The position numbers and the translations under genes are program-made. A DNA stretch of 64,000 nucleotides. Source: Clostridiales bacterium. Its GTDB lineage: Bacteria > Bacillota > Clostridia > Christensenellales > Borkfalkiaceae. Where the stretch lies: contig SVIP01000002.1 of the NCBI GenBank assembly GCA_015069425.1, positions 102,048-166,047 on the forward strand, in the 5' to 3' direction. The first letter of the stretch is position 1. Every line of letters begins with the position of its first letter. Positions 26,193 through 35,683 of this stretch are shown in pieces. The notes under the pieces are model-generated. The model made no database searches. It saw nothing but the letters and a program-made list of their open reading frames with translations, and was not told the origin of the DNA.

Positions 26193-28004
26193 CTACCTAT
26201 CGTTATCCGTTTTAAGGATTGATATAAACGCCTCACTCGGTATTTCAACCGTACCGATAGAACGCATTTTCTTTTTACCCTCTTTTTGTTTTTCAAGAAG
26301 TTTTTTCTTTCTTGTTACGTCACCGCCATAACACTTAGCAAGCACGTCTTTTCTAAACGCTTTAACTGTTTCTCTTGCAATAATTTTTCCGCCAACCGCT
26401 GCTTGAATAGGAATTTCAAACATTTGGCGAGGAATAACGTCTTTCAATTTTTCGGCAATCTGACGGCCACGTTCGTAAGCCTTATCCTTATGCACGATAA
26501 TTGAGAGTGCGTCACAGATATCTCCATTAAGGAGCATATCAAGTTTAACAAGGTCGCTCTTTTGATAGCCCGACACTTCGTAGTCAAATGACGCATAACC
26601 TTTAGTTCTTGACTTAAGACTATCGAAAAAGTCGTAAATAATTTCGTTAAGTGGCAAAGTATATTTTAATTCTACTCTGCTCTTATCAAGATAAACCATA
26701 TCCTTATAAACACCACGCTTATATTGGCATAGTTCCATAATCGGACCGACAAAATCGGGCGGAGTTAAAATACTCGCATTTATTATCGGCTCTTCCATAT
26801 AATCAATCTCAGTAACGGGCGGTAAATGTGTTGGATTTTCAATAACCAGTTCTGTTCCATCCGTCTTATATACCTTATATGATACGGAAGGTGCGGTTGT
26901 AATGATTTCCAAATCAAACTCACGCTCAATTCTTTCTTGAATAACGTCCATGTGGAGTAGCCCCAAAAATCCACATCTAAACCCAAAACCAAGCGCAGCC
27001 GAATTATCGGGTTCGATAGAGAGTGCTGCGTCGTTAAGTTTCAATTTAAGAAGTGCGTCTTTCAAATCGTTAAACTTACTACCGTCAAGTGGGAACACAC
27101 CCGAGAAAACCATTGGCAATGCTTTTTTATACCCTGGCAGTGGCTCTTTTGCAGAGTTTTCAACCGTTGTAATCGTGTCGCCAACAGCGGTATCTTCAAT
27201 GCTTTTAATGCTCGCTGCAATATATCCAACTTCGCCTGCTGACAAACTGTCTTTTGGTTGCATTTTTGGAGAGAACACGCCAACTTCAGTTACGTCAAAC
27301 TGCTTTTCCGACATAAAGGTTTTAATTTTAGTACCTACTTTAACAGTTCCGTCCATTATACGCACAAAACAAATAACACCTTTAAAGTTATCGTAATAAC
27401 TATCGAAAATCAATGCCTTTAAGGGTGCGTTTTCATCCCCTTTAGGTGCAGGGATTTTTTCTATAACTTGCTCTAAAACGTCTTCAACGTTAAGTCCTGT
27501 TTTTGCGGAAATTCTAGGAGCGTCCATTGCCTCAACGCCTAAAATTTCTTCCACTTCAGTTGCGACTTCGTCAGGACGTGCAGATGCTAAATCAATTTTA
27601 TTTATAACGGGCATAATCTCCAAATCATTATCTATTGCAAGATAAGCGTTTGCAAGCGTTTGTGCTTGTACCCCTTGCGTTGAGTCCACTATCAAAATTG
27701 CACCCTCACACGCTTTAAGAGAACGAGAAACTTCATAAGTAAAGTCTACGTGGCCAGGGGTATCAATTAGGTTAAAGATATATTCTTCACCGTTTTTTGC
27801 TTTATAGAACATTCTAACGGGGGTAAGTTTAATAGTAATCCCACGCTCTCTTTCTAGATCCATACTGTCTAGAAGTTGCTCTTCCATATCACGCTCACTA
27901 ACCTGCCCTGTTTTTTCCATAAGGCGGTCGGCAAGCGTACTTTTCCCATGGTCAATATGCGCTACTATACAAAAATTTCTGACGTTTTCTTTTTTTATTG
28001 ACAT
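26193..28004 (-). CDS. lepA: Translation elongation factor 4 (LepA)
   Basis: 603 aa. [28 protein letters not shown] and NKIDL motifs, plus the LepA C-terminal domain. Confidence 0.95.
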   Translation of the reverse strand: MSIKKENVRNFCIVAHIDHGKSTLADRLMEKTGQVSERDMEEQLLDSMDLERERGITIKLTPVRMFYKAKNGEEYIFNLIDTPGHVDFTYEVSRSLKACEGAILIVDSTQGVQAQTLANAYLAIDNDLEIMPVINKIDLASARPDEVATEVEEILGVEAMDAPRISAKTGLNVEDVLEQVIEKIPAPKGDENAPLKALIFDSYYDNFKGVICFVRIMDGTVKVGTKIKTFMSEKQFDVTEVGVFSPKMQPKDSLSAGEVGYIAASIKSIEDTAVGDTITTVENSAKEPLPGYKKALPMVFSGVFPLDGSKFNDLKDALLKLKLNDAALSIEPDNSAALGFGFRCGFLGLLHMDVIQERIEREFDLEIITTAPSVSYKVYKTDGTELVIENPTHLPPVTEIDYMEEPIINASILTPPDFVGPIMELCQYKRGVYKDMVYLDKSRVELKYTLPLNEIIYDFFDSLKSRTKGYASFDYEVSGYQKSDLVKLDMLLNGDICDALSIIVHKDKAYERGRQIAEKLKDVIPRQMFEIPIQAAVGGKIIARETVKAFRKDVLAKCYGGDVTRKKKLLEKQKEGKKKMRSIGTVEIPSEAFISILKTDNDR

Positions 28005-28101
28005 AAATTACCTTTTATAAGTTAAAATCGTTACTATTAATTTCAACAAATAGTATATAATATTATTAGATATTTTGCAAGTAAAATAAAAACGGAGTTT
28101 T

Positions 28102-28812
28102 ATGAGAATAGATAAAGATTGTTGGCTTTTGAATAAACCAATAGCACATCGTGGGCTGTGGGAGGGTAGTATTATTGAAAATTCTTTGCCCGCTTATGAG
28201 TTAGCAGTGGAAAAAGGCTTTCCTATAGAAATTGATTTATACTCTACTAAAGACGGAGAAATTGTCTGTTTCCACGATGACTGCCTCTATAGAATGACTG
28301 GAGAAAAAGGGTATATTTATGAAAAAACCCTTTCAGAGTTAAAGAGCCTATCGCTAAAAAACAGCGACCAAAAAATTCCAACCTTAAAAGAAGTTTTAAG
28401 CATCGTTAGTGCAAAAGTTCCCTTACTTATAGAATTAAAAGACCAACCTGATAAAAGTTATATCTCCCACGTAGTGAAAATCCTAAAAAACTACAAGGGC
28501 GAATTTGCTATTCAATCATTTAATCCTTTATATTTAATAAAAACCAAAAAACTTGCGCCCAATTTTGTGTTAGGAATTCTAGGCACTTCCACTCCGCCCA
28601 AAGATAAGAATTTTATAGTTAAAAAGATAGTAAAAAACCTATCTTTAAACTTTTTAATTAAACCTGATTTTATAAGTTATAATTTTGAAGGCTTACCTAT
28701 TAAAAACCCTCGTAAACTTCCGCTACTCGCTTGGACAATAACAGATAGAGAACAAGCAAGCACCGCATTAAAATTTGCAAATAATATAATTTTTGAAAAA
28801 TTTTCACCGTAA
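28102..28812 (+). CDS. Glycerophosphodiester phosphodiesterase family protein
   Basis: 236 aa. IAHRG...ENSLPAYE...IEIDL is typical of GDPD. Confidence 0.75.
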   Translation: MRIDKDCWLLNKPIAHRGLWEGSIIENSLPAYELAVEKGFPIEIDLYSTKDGEIVCFHDDCLYRMTGEKGYIYEKTLSELKSLSLKNSDQKIPTLKEVLSIVSAKVPLLIELKDQPDKSYISHVVKILKNYKGEFAIQSFNPLYLIKTKKLAPNFVLGILGTSTPPKDKNFIVKKIVKNLSLNFLIKPDFISYNFEGLPIKNPRKLPLLAWTITDREQASTALKFANNIIFEKFSP

Positions 28813-28813
28813 A

Positions 28814-28851
28814 AATTTAACTCGCTGAGCAAATTGCTCAGCGAGTTTTTT
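28814..28851. terminator. Bidirectional intrinsic terminator
   Basis: AACTCGCTGAGCA-AAT-TGCTCAGCGAGTT followed by TTTTTT. Confidence 0.75.
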
Positions 28852-29326
28852 AACCTTTTGCTAAATTTTCTAATTCTTTCCCTGTCAAGCGGAAAGTTCG
28901 CCACTCGTCTAATTTAATCGCACCTAAACGGTTATAAAAATCTATACTTGGCTTATTCCACTCTAAGCATGCCCACTCAACTCTTCCACAAGAGTTTTCA
29001 ACGGCTATCTTTGCCAAAGTGGAAAGTAAAAGTTTGCCGTACCCTTTTTTGCGGTATTTAGGTAAAACAAATAAATCTTCTAAATATATTCCACCACGCC
29101 CTAAAAAAGTGGAAAAATTATAAAAATATAACGCAAAACCTACTTCTTTTTGTCCGTCCAAGGCAAAAATCACTTGGGCAATACCTTTATCAAAAAGCCA
29201 TTGCTTTAGTAAATTTTCATCAGCAACGACTTCAAGGAGCATTTTTTCATAGTCTGCAAGTTGTTTTATAAACTCTAGAATTAACCCAACGTCTTTTTCA
29301 GTTGCTTTTCTTATATTTTTATCCAT
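28850..29326 (-). CDS. GNAT-family N-acetyltransferase
   Basis: 158 aa with the acetyl-CoA-binding stretch YRKKGYGKLLL. Confidence 0.75.
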   Translation of the reverse strand: MDKNIRKATEKDVGLILEFIKQLADYEKMLLEVVADENLLKQWLFDKGIAQVIFALDGQKEVGFALYFYNFSTFLGRGGIYLEDLFVLPKYRKKGYGKLLLSTLAKIAVENSCGRVEWACLEWNKPSIDFYNRLGAIKLDEWRTFRLTGKELENLAKG

Positions 29327-31614
29327 TATCTACCAAACTTTTTCATTAAAAGCGCAACCATGTCTTCATTGGACATTTGTTTCTTTTCATGCTCACGCTT
29401 TTTCTCTGCGTTCATTCTGCCTTGTTTTCTTTCCCTGTCAGTTTTTTGGTTTGCCACCGCAATTCCGTTAGGTAAGTCTGCCGTTTTCATAGTAAGTGAA
29501 ATCTTTTTCTTGACAGTATCTACTCCTAAAACTTTTACCTTAACAAGGTCTCCAACCTTAAGCACGTCTGACGGGTGCTTAATATAATTATCGGAAATTT
29601 GAGAAATATGAACAAGTCCGTCTTGATGCACGCCAATATCTACGAACACACCGAAGTCAATAACGTTTCTTACTGTTCCATTAATCTCCATACCCTCTTT
29701 TAAGTCAGATAAATCCATTAGGTCGCTTCTTAAAATAGGCTTAGGTAGACTGTCACGAATATCCCTACCCGGTTTTAAGAGTTCGGCGGAAATATCCTTT
29801 AAGGTAGGAACGCCCACGCCACATTCTTCTGCCGTCTTTTCCCAACCTTTTTCTTCGATTTTTGCAAGTAAATCGCCAATTTTTCCGTTTGCGACGTCGT
29901 CTAGTGAATACTCAACCGCTTTAAGAAGTTTTTCCACCGCTGGATAACTTTCAGGGTGAACACCCGTATTATCTAAAACGTTTCCGCCAACTATACGCAA
30001 GAACCCTGCGCATTGCTCGAATGCTTTTGCACCAAGCTTTTTAACCTTTAATAAATCTTCACGACAAATAAAGGGGGTTTTCTTTCTATACTCGGTAATC
30101 TCTTTTGCGATACCTTTATTAAGCCCCGCAACGTACGATAATAAGCTTTGAGATGCAGTATTTAAGTCTACACCAACGCTGTTTACACAGTCTTCAACCA
30201 CCCCACCCAAAACTTCTTCTAGTCTCTTTTCGGGCATATCGTGTTGATATTGACCTACACCGATTGACTTAACGTCAATTTTAATAAGTTCGGCAAGTGG
30301 GTCTTGCAATCTTCTCGCAATAGACACCGCACTTCTTTGTGCAGGCTCGTAATCGGGGAATTCTTCCGCACCCAACTTACTTGCACTATACACTGACGCA
30401 CCCGCCTCGTTTACAACGGCGTAAGATAAATCTTTTCCACTTTCCTTTATCATATTTGCAACGAAAATTTCACTTTCCTTGCTAGCCGTTCCGTTACCAA
30501 TAGAGATAACTGAAACGTTATGCTTTTCGATTAATTTAAGTAAAATTGCTTGCGCCTCTTCAATTTTGTTTTGTGGTGGCGTTGGGAATACAACTGCCGT
30601 ATCCAAAACGTTACCCTCGCTATCAACTACCGCAATTTTGCAACCCGTTCTATACGCTGGGTCAAGTCCTAAAATAATTTTACCTTTTAGCGGAGGTTGT
30701 AAAAGCAATGGACGAAGATTAACTTCAAACATTTTAATTGCTTGTTCGCTTGCTTTTTCAGTTAAGTCACTGCGCACTTCCCTCTCAATTGATGGGAAAA
30801 TCAAACGAGAATAAGCATCCGCACACGCATTTTTAACAATTTGACCGCTTTCGCTATCATTTTTAACGTAAACGGCACAGATTGCATCAACAAACTCTTC
30901 AGTATTAACACTAACGCCAACCTTTAAGCACTCTTCTTTTTCGCCACGGTTAACTGCCAAAATTCTGTGAGATGGTATTTTGCTAATCTTTTCAGAATAT
31001 TCTGCGTACATATCGTAAGTTTTTGCGTTCTCGTTTTCCAAAAGTTTGCAAGTGAGTTCGCCAACTTCGGTAATCTTTTTACGGAGTACTTTTCTAAGTT
31101 CGGCATCATCAGAAACTTTTTCCGCAATAATATCGGACGCCCCCGCAATAGCCTGTTCCACGTTTTCCACGCCTTTCTCTGCATCAATAAATTCTTTTGC
31201 CTTTTCGTTAACAGATAAATCCGTTTGTTCTAAAATAAAGTCGGCAAGTGGAGCAAGTCCTTTTTCTACAGCAACTGATGCACGAGTTTTTCTCTTTTGC
31301 TTATAAGGTCTATAAATATCTTCCGCCTCGGTAAGCGTTTCTGCTTTAACGAGTGCAAACGCAATTTCATCGGTCATCTTGCCTTGTTCGGTAATAGAAT
31401 CGACGATTTCTTGTTTTCTTTTGTCTAAGTTTCTTAAATATTTAAGTCTATCGTTAAATTCTCTTAAAACTTGGTCGTCACAAGAACCCGTCATTTCCTT
31501 ACGGTATCTTGCAATAAACGGAATAGTATTCCCTTCGTCTATTAAAGAGATAATGTTTGCCGAGTGGTCGGCACGTACGTTAAATTCTTTTGATAATTTT
31601 AATGCGTAGTCCAT
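29326..31614 (-). CDS. tex: Tex-like transcription accessory protein (YqgF/HhH/S1 domains)
   Basis: 762 aa. N-terminus TIPFIARYRKEMTG, RuvC-like LGLDPAYRTGCK, and a C-terminal S1 domain GTVRNVIDFGVFVDIG. Confidence 0.9.
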   Translation of the reverse strand: MDYALKLSKEFNVRADHSANIISLIDEGNTIPFIARYRKEMTGSCDDQVLREFNDRLKYLRNLDKRKQEIVDSITEQGKMTDEIAFALVKAETLTEAEDIYRPYKQKRKTRASVAVEKGLAPLADFILEQTDLSVNEKAKEFIDAEKGVENVEQAIAGASDIIAEKVSDDAELRKVLRKKITEVGELTCKLLENENAKTYDMYAEYSEKISKIPSHRILAVNRGEKEECLKVGVSVNTEEFVDAICAVYVKNDSESGQIVKNACADAYSRLIFPSIEREVRSDLTEKASEQAIKMFEVNLRPLLLQPPLKGKIILGLDPAYRTGCKIAVVDSEGNVLDTAVVFPTPPQNKIEEAQAILLKLIEKHNVSVISIGNGTASKESEIFVANMIKESGKDLSYAVVNEAGASVYSASKLGAEEFPDYEPAQRSAVSIARRLQDPLAELIKIDVKSIGVGQYQHDMPEKRLEEVLGGVVEDCVNSVGVDLNTASQSLLSYVAGLNKGIAKEITEYRKKTPFICREDLLKVKKLGAKAFEQCAGFLRIVGGNVLDNTGVHPESYPAVEKLLKAVEYSLDDVANGKIGDLLAKIEEKGWEKTAEECGVGVPTLKDISAELLKPGRDIRDSLPKPILRSDLMDLSDLKEGMEINGTVRNVIDFGVFVDIGVHQDGLVHISQISDNYIKHPSDVLKVGDLVKVKVLGVDTVKKKISLTMKTADLPNGIAVANQKTDRERKQGRMNAEKKREHEKKQMSNEDMVALLMKKFGR

Positions 31615-31626
31615 GTTTTTATATCC

Positions 31627-32934
31627 TTATTTGTTTTTTCCTTTTTTCTTCCTAATTTCTTTGACGGTCTTTTCATATCCGTTTTCTTTGGGATTATAAT
31701 AAACTCTATCTTTTAAACTGTCGGGCAAATATTGTTGCTCAACGTATCCACCGTAGTCGTGCGGATATTTATAGTTAGATTTGTTAAGTTTATCTTCCTT
31801 GCTTGCAAACTCGTAATTCTTTAAATGTGGTGGTATATTATCATCTCTAACGTTAATAGCATCACTCTCTGCCGAATACATCGCCTCGACAACGGTATTT
31901 GATTTTTCCGCCTCGCAAACGTAAATTATTGCCTCCGATAAAGGAATAAGCCCCTCGGGAAGTCCCAACCTTTCAAACGCTAAAAGTGCGTTTGTCGCTA
32001 CCACTAATGCGTTGGGATCTGCCATACCAACGTCCTCGGCAGAATGAACGACTAATCTTCTCGCTAAAAGCAATGGGTCGCACCCACCCTTAATTAGCCT
32101 TTGCATATAATATAATGCAGCGTTTGCATCAGAACCCCTTAGGCTTTTACAAAACGCAGATAAAATATCGTAATATAAATTCTCATCAAAAGAAAGTGCT
32201 TTTTGTTGAATACTTTCTTCTGCATCTTTTAAGGTTACACAAATTTTTCCGCTATTGTCGGGCGCAGTTGTAAGCGAGGCAAGTTCTAATGCGTTATATG
32301 CAACTCTAAGGTCCCCCGCAGATGCTCTGGCTATATGTTCTATTGCCTCTTCTTCTATTTCAATATCATAATTACCAAGCCCACGCTCGGTATCCTTTAA
32401 TGCTTTTTTTAGAGCGTTAATTATATTTTCTTCACTTAAGCGTTTAAGTTCAAAAACCCTACATCTCGAAACAATAGCAGGCGTCATTGATGCAAATGGA
32501 TTTTCAGTCGTTGACCCTATAAATATTATATCACCGTTTTCAATGGCTGGGAGTAGGCTGTCACTCTGTGTTTTATTAAAACGGTGACACTCGTCAAGCA
32601 GTAAATATGTTTTTTTGCCATATAATTTTTGCGCACGTTGGGCGTCCTCAACAACCTTTTTAACGTCCGCAACACCGCTGTTTACTGCATTTAATTTAAC
32701 AAAATTATTGTCCGTCCCATTTGCAATAACGTTGGCAAGCGTAGTTTTGCCACACCCTGGTGGCCCCCAAAAAATACAACTGCCCAAGCGGTCAAGTTTT
32801 ATTGCACGACGAAGTAGTCCCGTTTCCGAGACTATATGTTCTTGTCCTAAAAACTCTGAAAGCGTCCGTGCCCTCATTCGTTCAGCGAGCGGAGCATTCC
32901 CGCTCTTTTCTTTTGCTAAATCAAACAAATCCAT
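31627..32934 (-). CDS. rarA: Replication-associated recombination protein A (AAA+ ATPase)
   Basis: 435 aa. Walker A GPPGCGKTT, LLDECHRFNK, and the MgsA C-terminal region. Confidence 0.9.
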   Translation of the reverse strand: MDLFDLAKEKSGNAPLAERMRARTLSEFLGQEHIVSETGLLRRAIKLDRLGSCIFWGPPGCGKTTLANVIANGTDNNFVKLNAVNSGVADVKKVVEDAQRAQKLYGKKTYLLLDECHRFNKTQSDSLLPAIENGDIIFIGSTTENPFASMTPAIVSRCRVFELKRLSEENIINALKKALKDTERGLGNYDIEIEEEAIEHIARASAGDLRVAYNALELASLTTAPDNSGKICVTLKDAEESIQQKALSFDENLYYDILSAFCKSLRGSDANAALYYMQRLIKGGCDPLLLARRLVVHSAEDVGMADPNALVVATNALLAFERLGLPEGLIPLSEAIIYVCEAEKSNTVVEAMYSAESDAINVRDDNIPPHLKNYEFASKEDKLNKSNYKYPHDYGGYVEQQYLPDSLKDRVYYNPKENGYEKTVKEIRKKKGKNK

Positions 32935-32988
32935 ATAAATATTTTATCATATTTCATACTTTTTTTCAAGCCATAATAACATATTAAT

Positions 32989-33966
32989 ATGACTAAAAAT
33001 ATAAACCTTTTCATTGAATACGCTCTTTTTTTCTTGTGCCTACTTTTTTCGTGCATTATCGCCTTTTTCGGCAACTTCTCTAATAGCGTTAAAGAAGGAA
33101 TCGAACTTTGGGTTGCTTGCGTAATTCCATCACTTTTCCCATACTTTTTTATTACTGCAATTTTATCTTCACTTTCGATTACAAGTAAAATTTCATATTG
33201 CCTTTCCCCTTTTACAAAAAAAGTATTTAAGGTTAACGGAACGGTTAGTTACGCACTTTTTATAAGTCTAATTTCTGGATATCCATTGGGTGCCAAAATG
33301 GTTTCAGACTTAAAACTTAAAGGTCTGCTAAATAGTACGGAAGCCGTTCGTGCAAGTGTAATTTGCTCATCTTCTTCTCCCATGTTTTTAATAGGAAGCG
33401 TGGGAAGTATTATGTTTAACGATAAAAGATTTGGCATTACTCTTTTTTTGTGCCATATCTTAGCAGTGTTTGTTAACGGTTTTATTTTCTCTTTTTATAA
33501 AAAGAGTGAAAAACCATCTAGCCAAAACTTATCGTTACCGAATAAGCAAGTAGATAATCTTTTATATGAAAGCGTTTATTCGTCGGTAATTTCTATATTA
33601 ATCGTCGGCGGATTAATAACTATTTTTTATACTTTAACAAGAGTACTTTATCAACTAAACCTTTTCAACTCGCTTATAAATGCATTAAATCTAATAACCA
33701 AAGACCAAAATCTATCTCAAGGTTTAATATTTGGAATCTTTGAATGCACGCAAGGATTAAAAGAATTATCTAAGTCGGGCGTTGGCTTTTTAAGTTTACC
33801 GTTAACGCTTTTTATTTGTGGATTTGGCGGTTTATCAGTTATAGCACAATCGATTGCTTTTTTAAAGAGCGCAAAAATAAAAACCGCCCCGTTCCTTTTC
33901 TCAAAAGTAACTTCGGCGGTTATTGGTTTTTTAATTGGTGTAATCTTTTCTATTTTTCCTCTTTAA
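32989..33966 (+). CDS. ylbJ: YlbJ-like sporulation integral membrane protein (nucleoside-recognition/Gate domains)
   Basis: 325 aa, polytopic. Synteny next to coaD-rsmD as in Bacillus (ylbH-ylbI-ylbJ). Confidence 0.6.
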   Translation: MTKNINLFIEYALFFLCLLFSCIIAFFGNFSNSVKEGIELWVACVIPSLFPYFFITAILSSLSITSKISYCLSPFTKKVFKVNGTVSYALFISLISGYPLGAKMVSDLKLKGLLNSTEAVRASVICSSSSPMFLIGSVGSIMFNDKRFGITLFLCHILAVFVNGFIFSFYKKSEKPSSQNLSLPNKQVDNLLYESVYSSVISILIVGGLITIFYTLTRVLYQLNLFNSLINALNLITKDQNLSQGLIFGIFECTQGLKELSKSGVGFLSLPLTLFICGFGGLSVIAQSIAFLKSAKIKTAPFLFSKVTSAVIGFLIGVIFSIFPL

Positions 33967-34435
33967 TAATTTCGTTAAAATATTCGTAACAAGCATTAGG
34001 AATGTAAGGTTTTATATCCCCTTTAAGTCCCAAAATGTTACGCATTGCAGACGAACTAACGTGCTCTAAACTGTTTGGAGTAGGAATATAAATAGTACTA
34101 ACTTGTGGATACATATCGTAGTTATAATTCGCCATCGTCGTTTCGTATTTGTAGTCGTCTACGTTTCTTATCCCTCGAACAGTAACGGTAATGCCCTTTT
34201 CTTTCATAAAATCAACGAGCATTCCCGAAAAAGAGCAAACTTCTACTCTATCGTCTCCCTCATAAAGTTTTTTTATAGCAGTCATTCTTTGTTCTAGTGT
34301 AAAGTACGGAGTTTTATCCACGTTTACCCCAACCGCTACAACCACTTTGTCAAACGTGTCAAGGCACTTATTCACAACAAACTCATGCCCGTTTGTAAAC
34401 GGGTCAAACGTCCCTGCAAAAACACAAGTTTTCAT
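33950..34435 (-). CDS. coaD: Phosphopantetheine adenylyltransferase
   Basis: 161 aa. GTFDPFTNGH motif and ISSSAMR-type C-terminal motif. Confidence 0.9.
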   Translation of the reverse strand: MKTCVFAGTFDPFTNGHEFVVNKCLDTFDKVVVAVGVNVDKTPYFTLEQRMTAIKKLYEGDDRVEVCSFSGMLVDFMKEKGITVTVRGIRNVDDYKYETTMANYNYDMYPQVSTIYIPTPNSLEHVSSSAMRNILGLKGDIKPYIPNACYEYFNEIIKEEK

Positions 34436-34436
34436 G

Positions 34437-34970
34437 CTATTCTCCTTTTCTAAAAAACGTTAAACGAACCCTTCCGTACTTTCTTGTATCGTACTCGATA
34501 AGCCCCTCTACCGTACTGTTAAACGGTGTTTCACTTTCCAAAATTACTATGCCGTCGTCAGTTATAGAGTTTACCACTTCTTTTAACGCACTGACTCCTA
34601 AATCGGTTTTATAAGGTGGGTCTATATAAATAATATCGTATTTTTTATCCGCACGCTTAAGAAGTGAAATCGCATCATTATTTTTTATTTCGTACGCCTC
34701 TTCAACTTTTAATTTTTCTAGATTTTTCTTCAATATAATTAGGCTGTTTTTATCTGCATCATTAAAGGTAACTGATTTTGCGCCACGTGAAAGAGCCTCT
34801 ATGCCCATAGCACCCGTTCCGCAAAACAAGTCTAAAAAATCTGCACCGTAAATAACACCTTGTAAAATATTAAATAGGCTTTCTCTTGCCATATCTGAAG
34901 TTGGACGAATTTTTTCCCCGTCAAACCCGACTAGAACTCTGCCTTTATACTTTCCGCCAACTATTCTCAA
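34437..34970 (-). CDS. rsmD: 16S rRNA (guanine966-N2)-methyltransferase
   Basis: 177 aa. RPTSDMARESLFNIL, DLFCGTGAMGIEALSRGA and DPPY motifs. Confidence 0.9.
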   Translation of the reverse strand: MRIVGGKYKGRVLVGFDGEKIRPTSDMARESLFNILQGVIYGADFLDLFCGTGAMGIEALSRGAKSVTFNDADKNSLIILKKNLEKLKVEEAYEIKNNDAISLLKRADKKYDIIYIDPPYKTDLGVSALKEVVNSITDDGIVILESETPFNSTVEGLIEYDTRKYGRVRLTFFRKGE

Positions 34971-35557
34971 AATTTATCTCCGTAAATTTGGCGTTGTTTA
35001 TTTTTTATCATTTCTTGTTGAAGCTCAACCTTTCTTGCCCCTAACATATACGGAATTCCCGTCGCAAGCGGAATTATTACTAAGGCTACGAGTGAAAAGT
35101 AATAATGCCACCATTGGAAAGCACCAAAAAACATTTGCGAAAAAACATAGAACATTGCGTATATCAATCCAGAAATTGCACCCGCCCCAGTCCAAGAGGG
35201 GTTAATTGAGATTAATATTGTGTTAATTATTAAAAGAATAACTAACGGCACGCAAGATATTAATCCAAAAACAAAGCCTTTCCACGGCTTATATTCTTCC
35301 TTAAGTTTAAGCGGTCTATCTTCACCCGTTCTAATAATTTCTCTGCGTTCGGTGTCGTTTGCAATTCTTGTCTTTAGTGCTGTTTCCCCGTCTTTAAACG
35401 ACGCTGCGCACACGACAACAAGATATAAAGCAACACAAGCAAAATTTAGGACAATTCTTAACCACGCCACTTGTATTAATATAATTGACAAAGAAATCAT
35501 CGCCATAAATATCAAATAAATAAAAGATAAAAAGGATTGTTTAATATAATACCACAT
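34967..35557 (-). CDS. Hypothetical membrane protein (about 5 TM)
   Basis: 196 aa, hydrophobic. 4-nt overlap with rsmD implies co-translation. No recognisable family. Confidence 0.55.
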   Translation of the reverse strand: MWYYIKQSFLSFIYLIFMAMISLSIILIQVAWLRIVLNFACVALYLVVVCAASFKDGETALKTRIANDTERREIIRTGEDRPLKLKEEYKPWKGFVFGLISCVPLVILLIINTILISINPSWTGAGAISGLIYAMFYVFSQMFFGAFQWWHYYFSLVALVIIPLATGIPYMLGARKVELQQEMIKNKQRQIYGDKF

Positions 35558-35616
35558 AAAGCACCTTTAATACATAAGTTAATAATATTATAACCGTAAA
35601 AGTTAACATTTGCAAG

Positions 35617-35652
35617 TAAAAAAACACAAAACGCCACGATTGTGGCGTTTTG
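35617..35652 (-). terminator. Intrinsic terminator of ppdK
   Basis: Minus-strand ACAAAACGCCAC-AATC-GTGGCGTTTTGT followed by GTTTTTTT. Confidence 0.8.
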
Positions 35653-35683
35653 TTATAATTTTAATTAAAGTTTTTAATTAATT

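Noticed and set aside
26189-26296. N-terminal 36-codon extension of the hemW ORF.
   Set aside because: It overlaps the 3' end of lepA. The conserved radical-SAM protein begins at MSGIYLHVPFCK (26188), 4 nt after the lepA stop.
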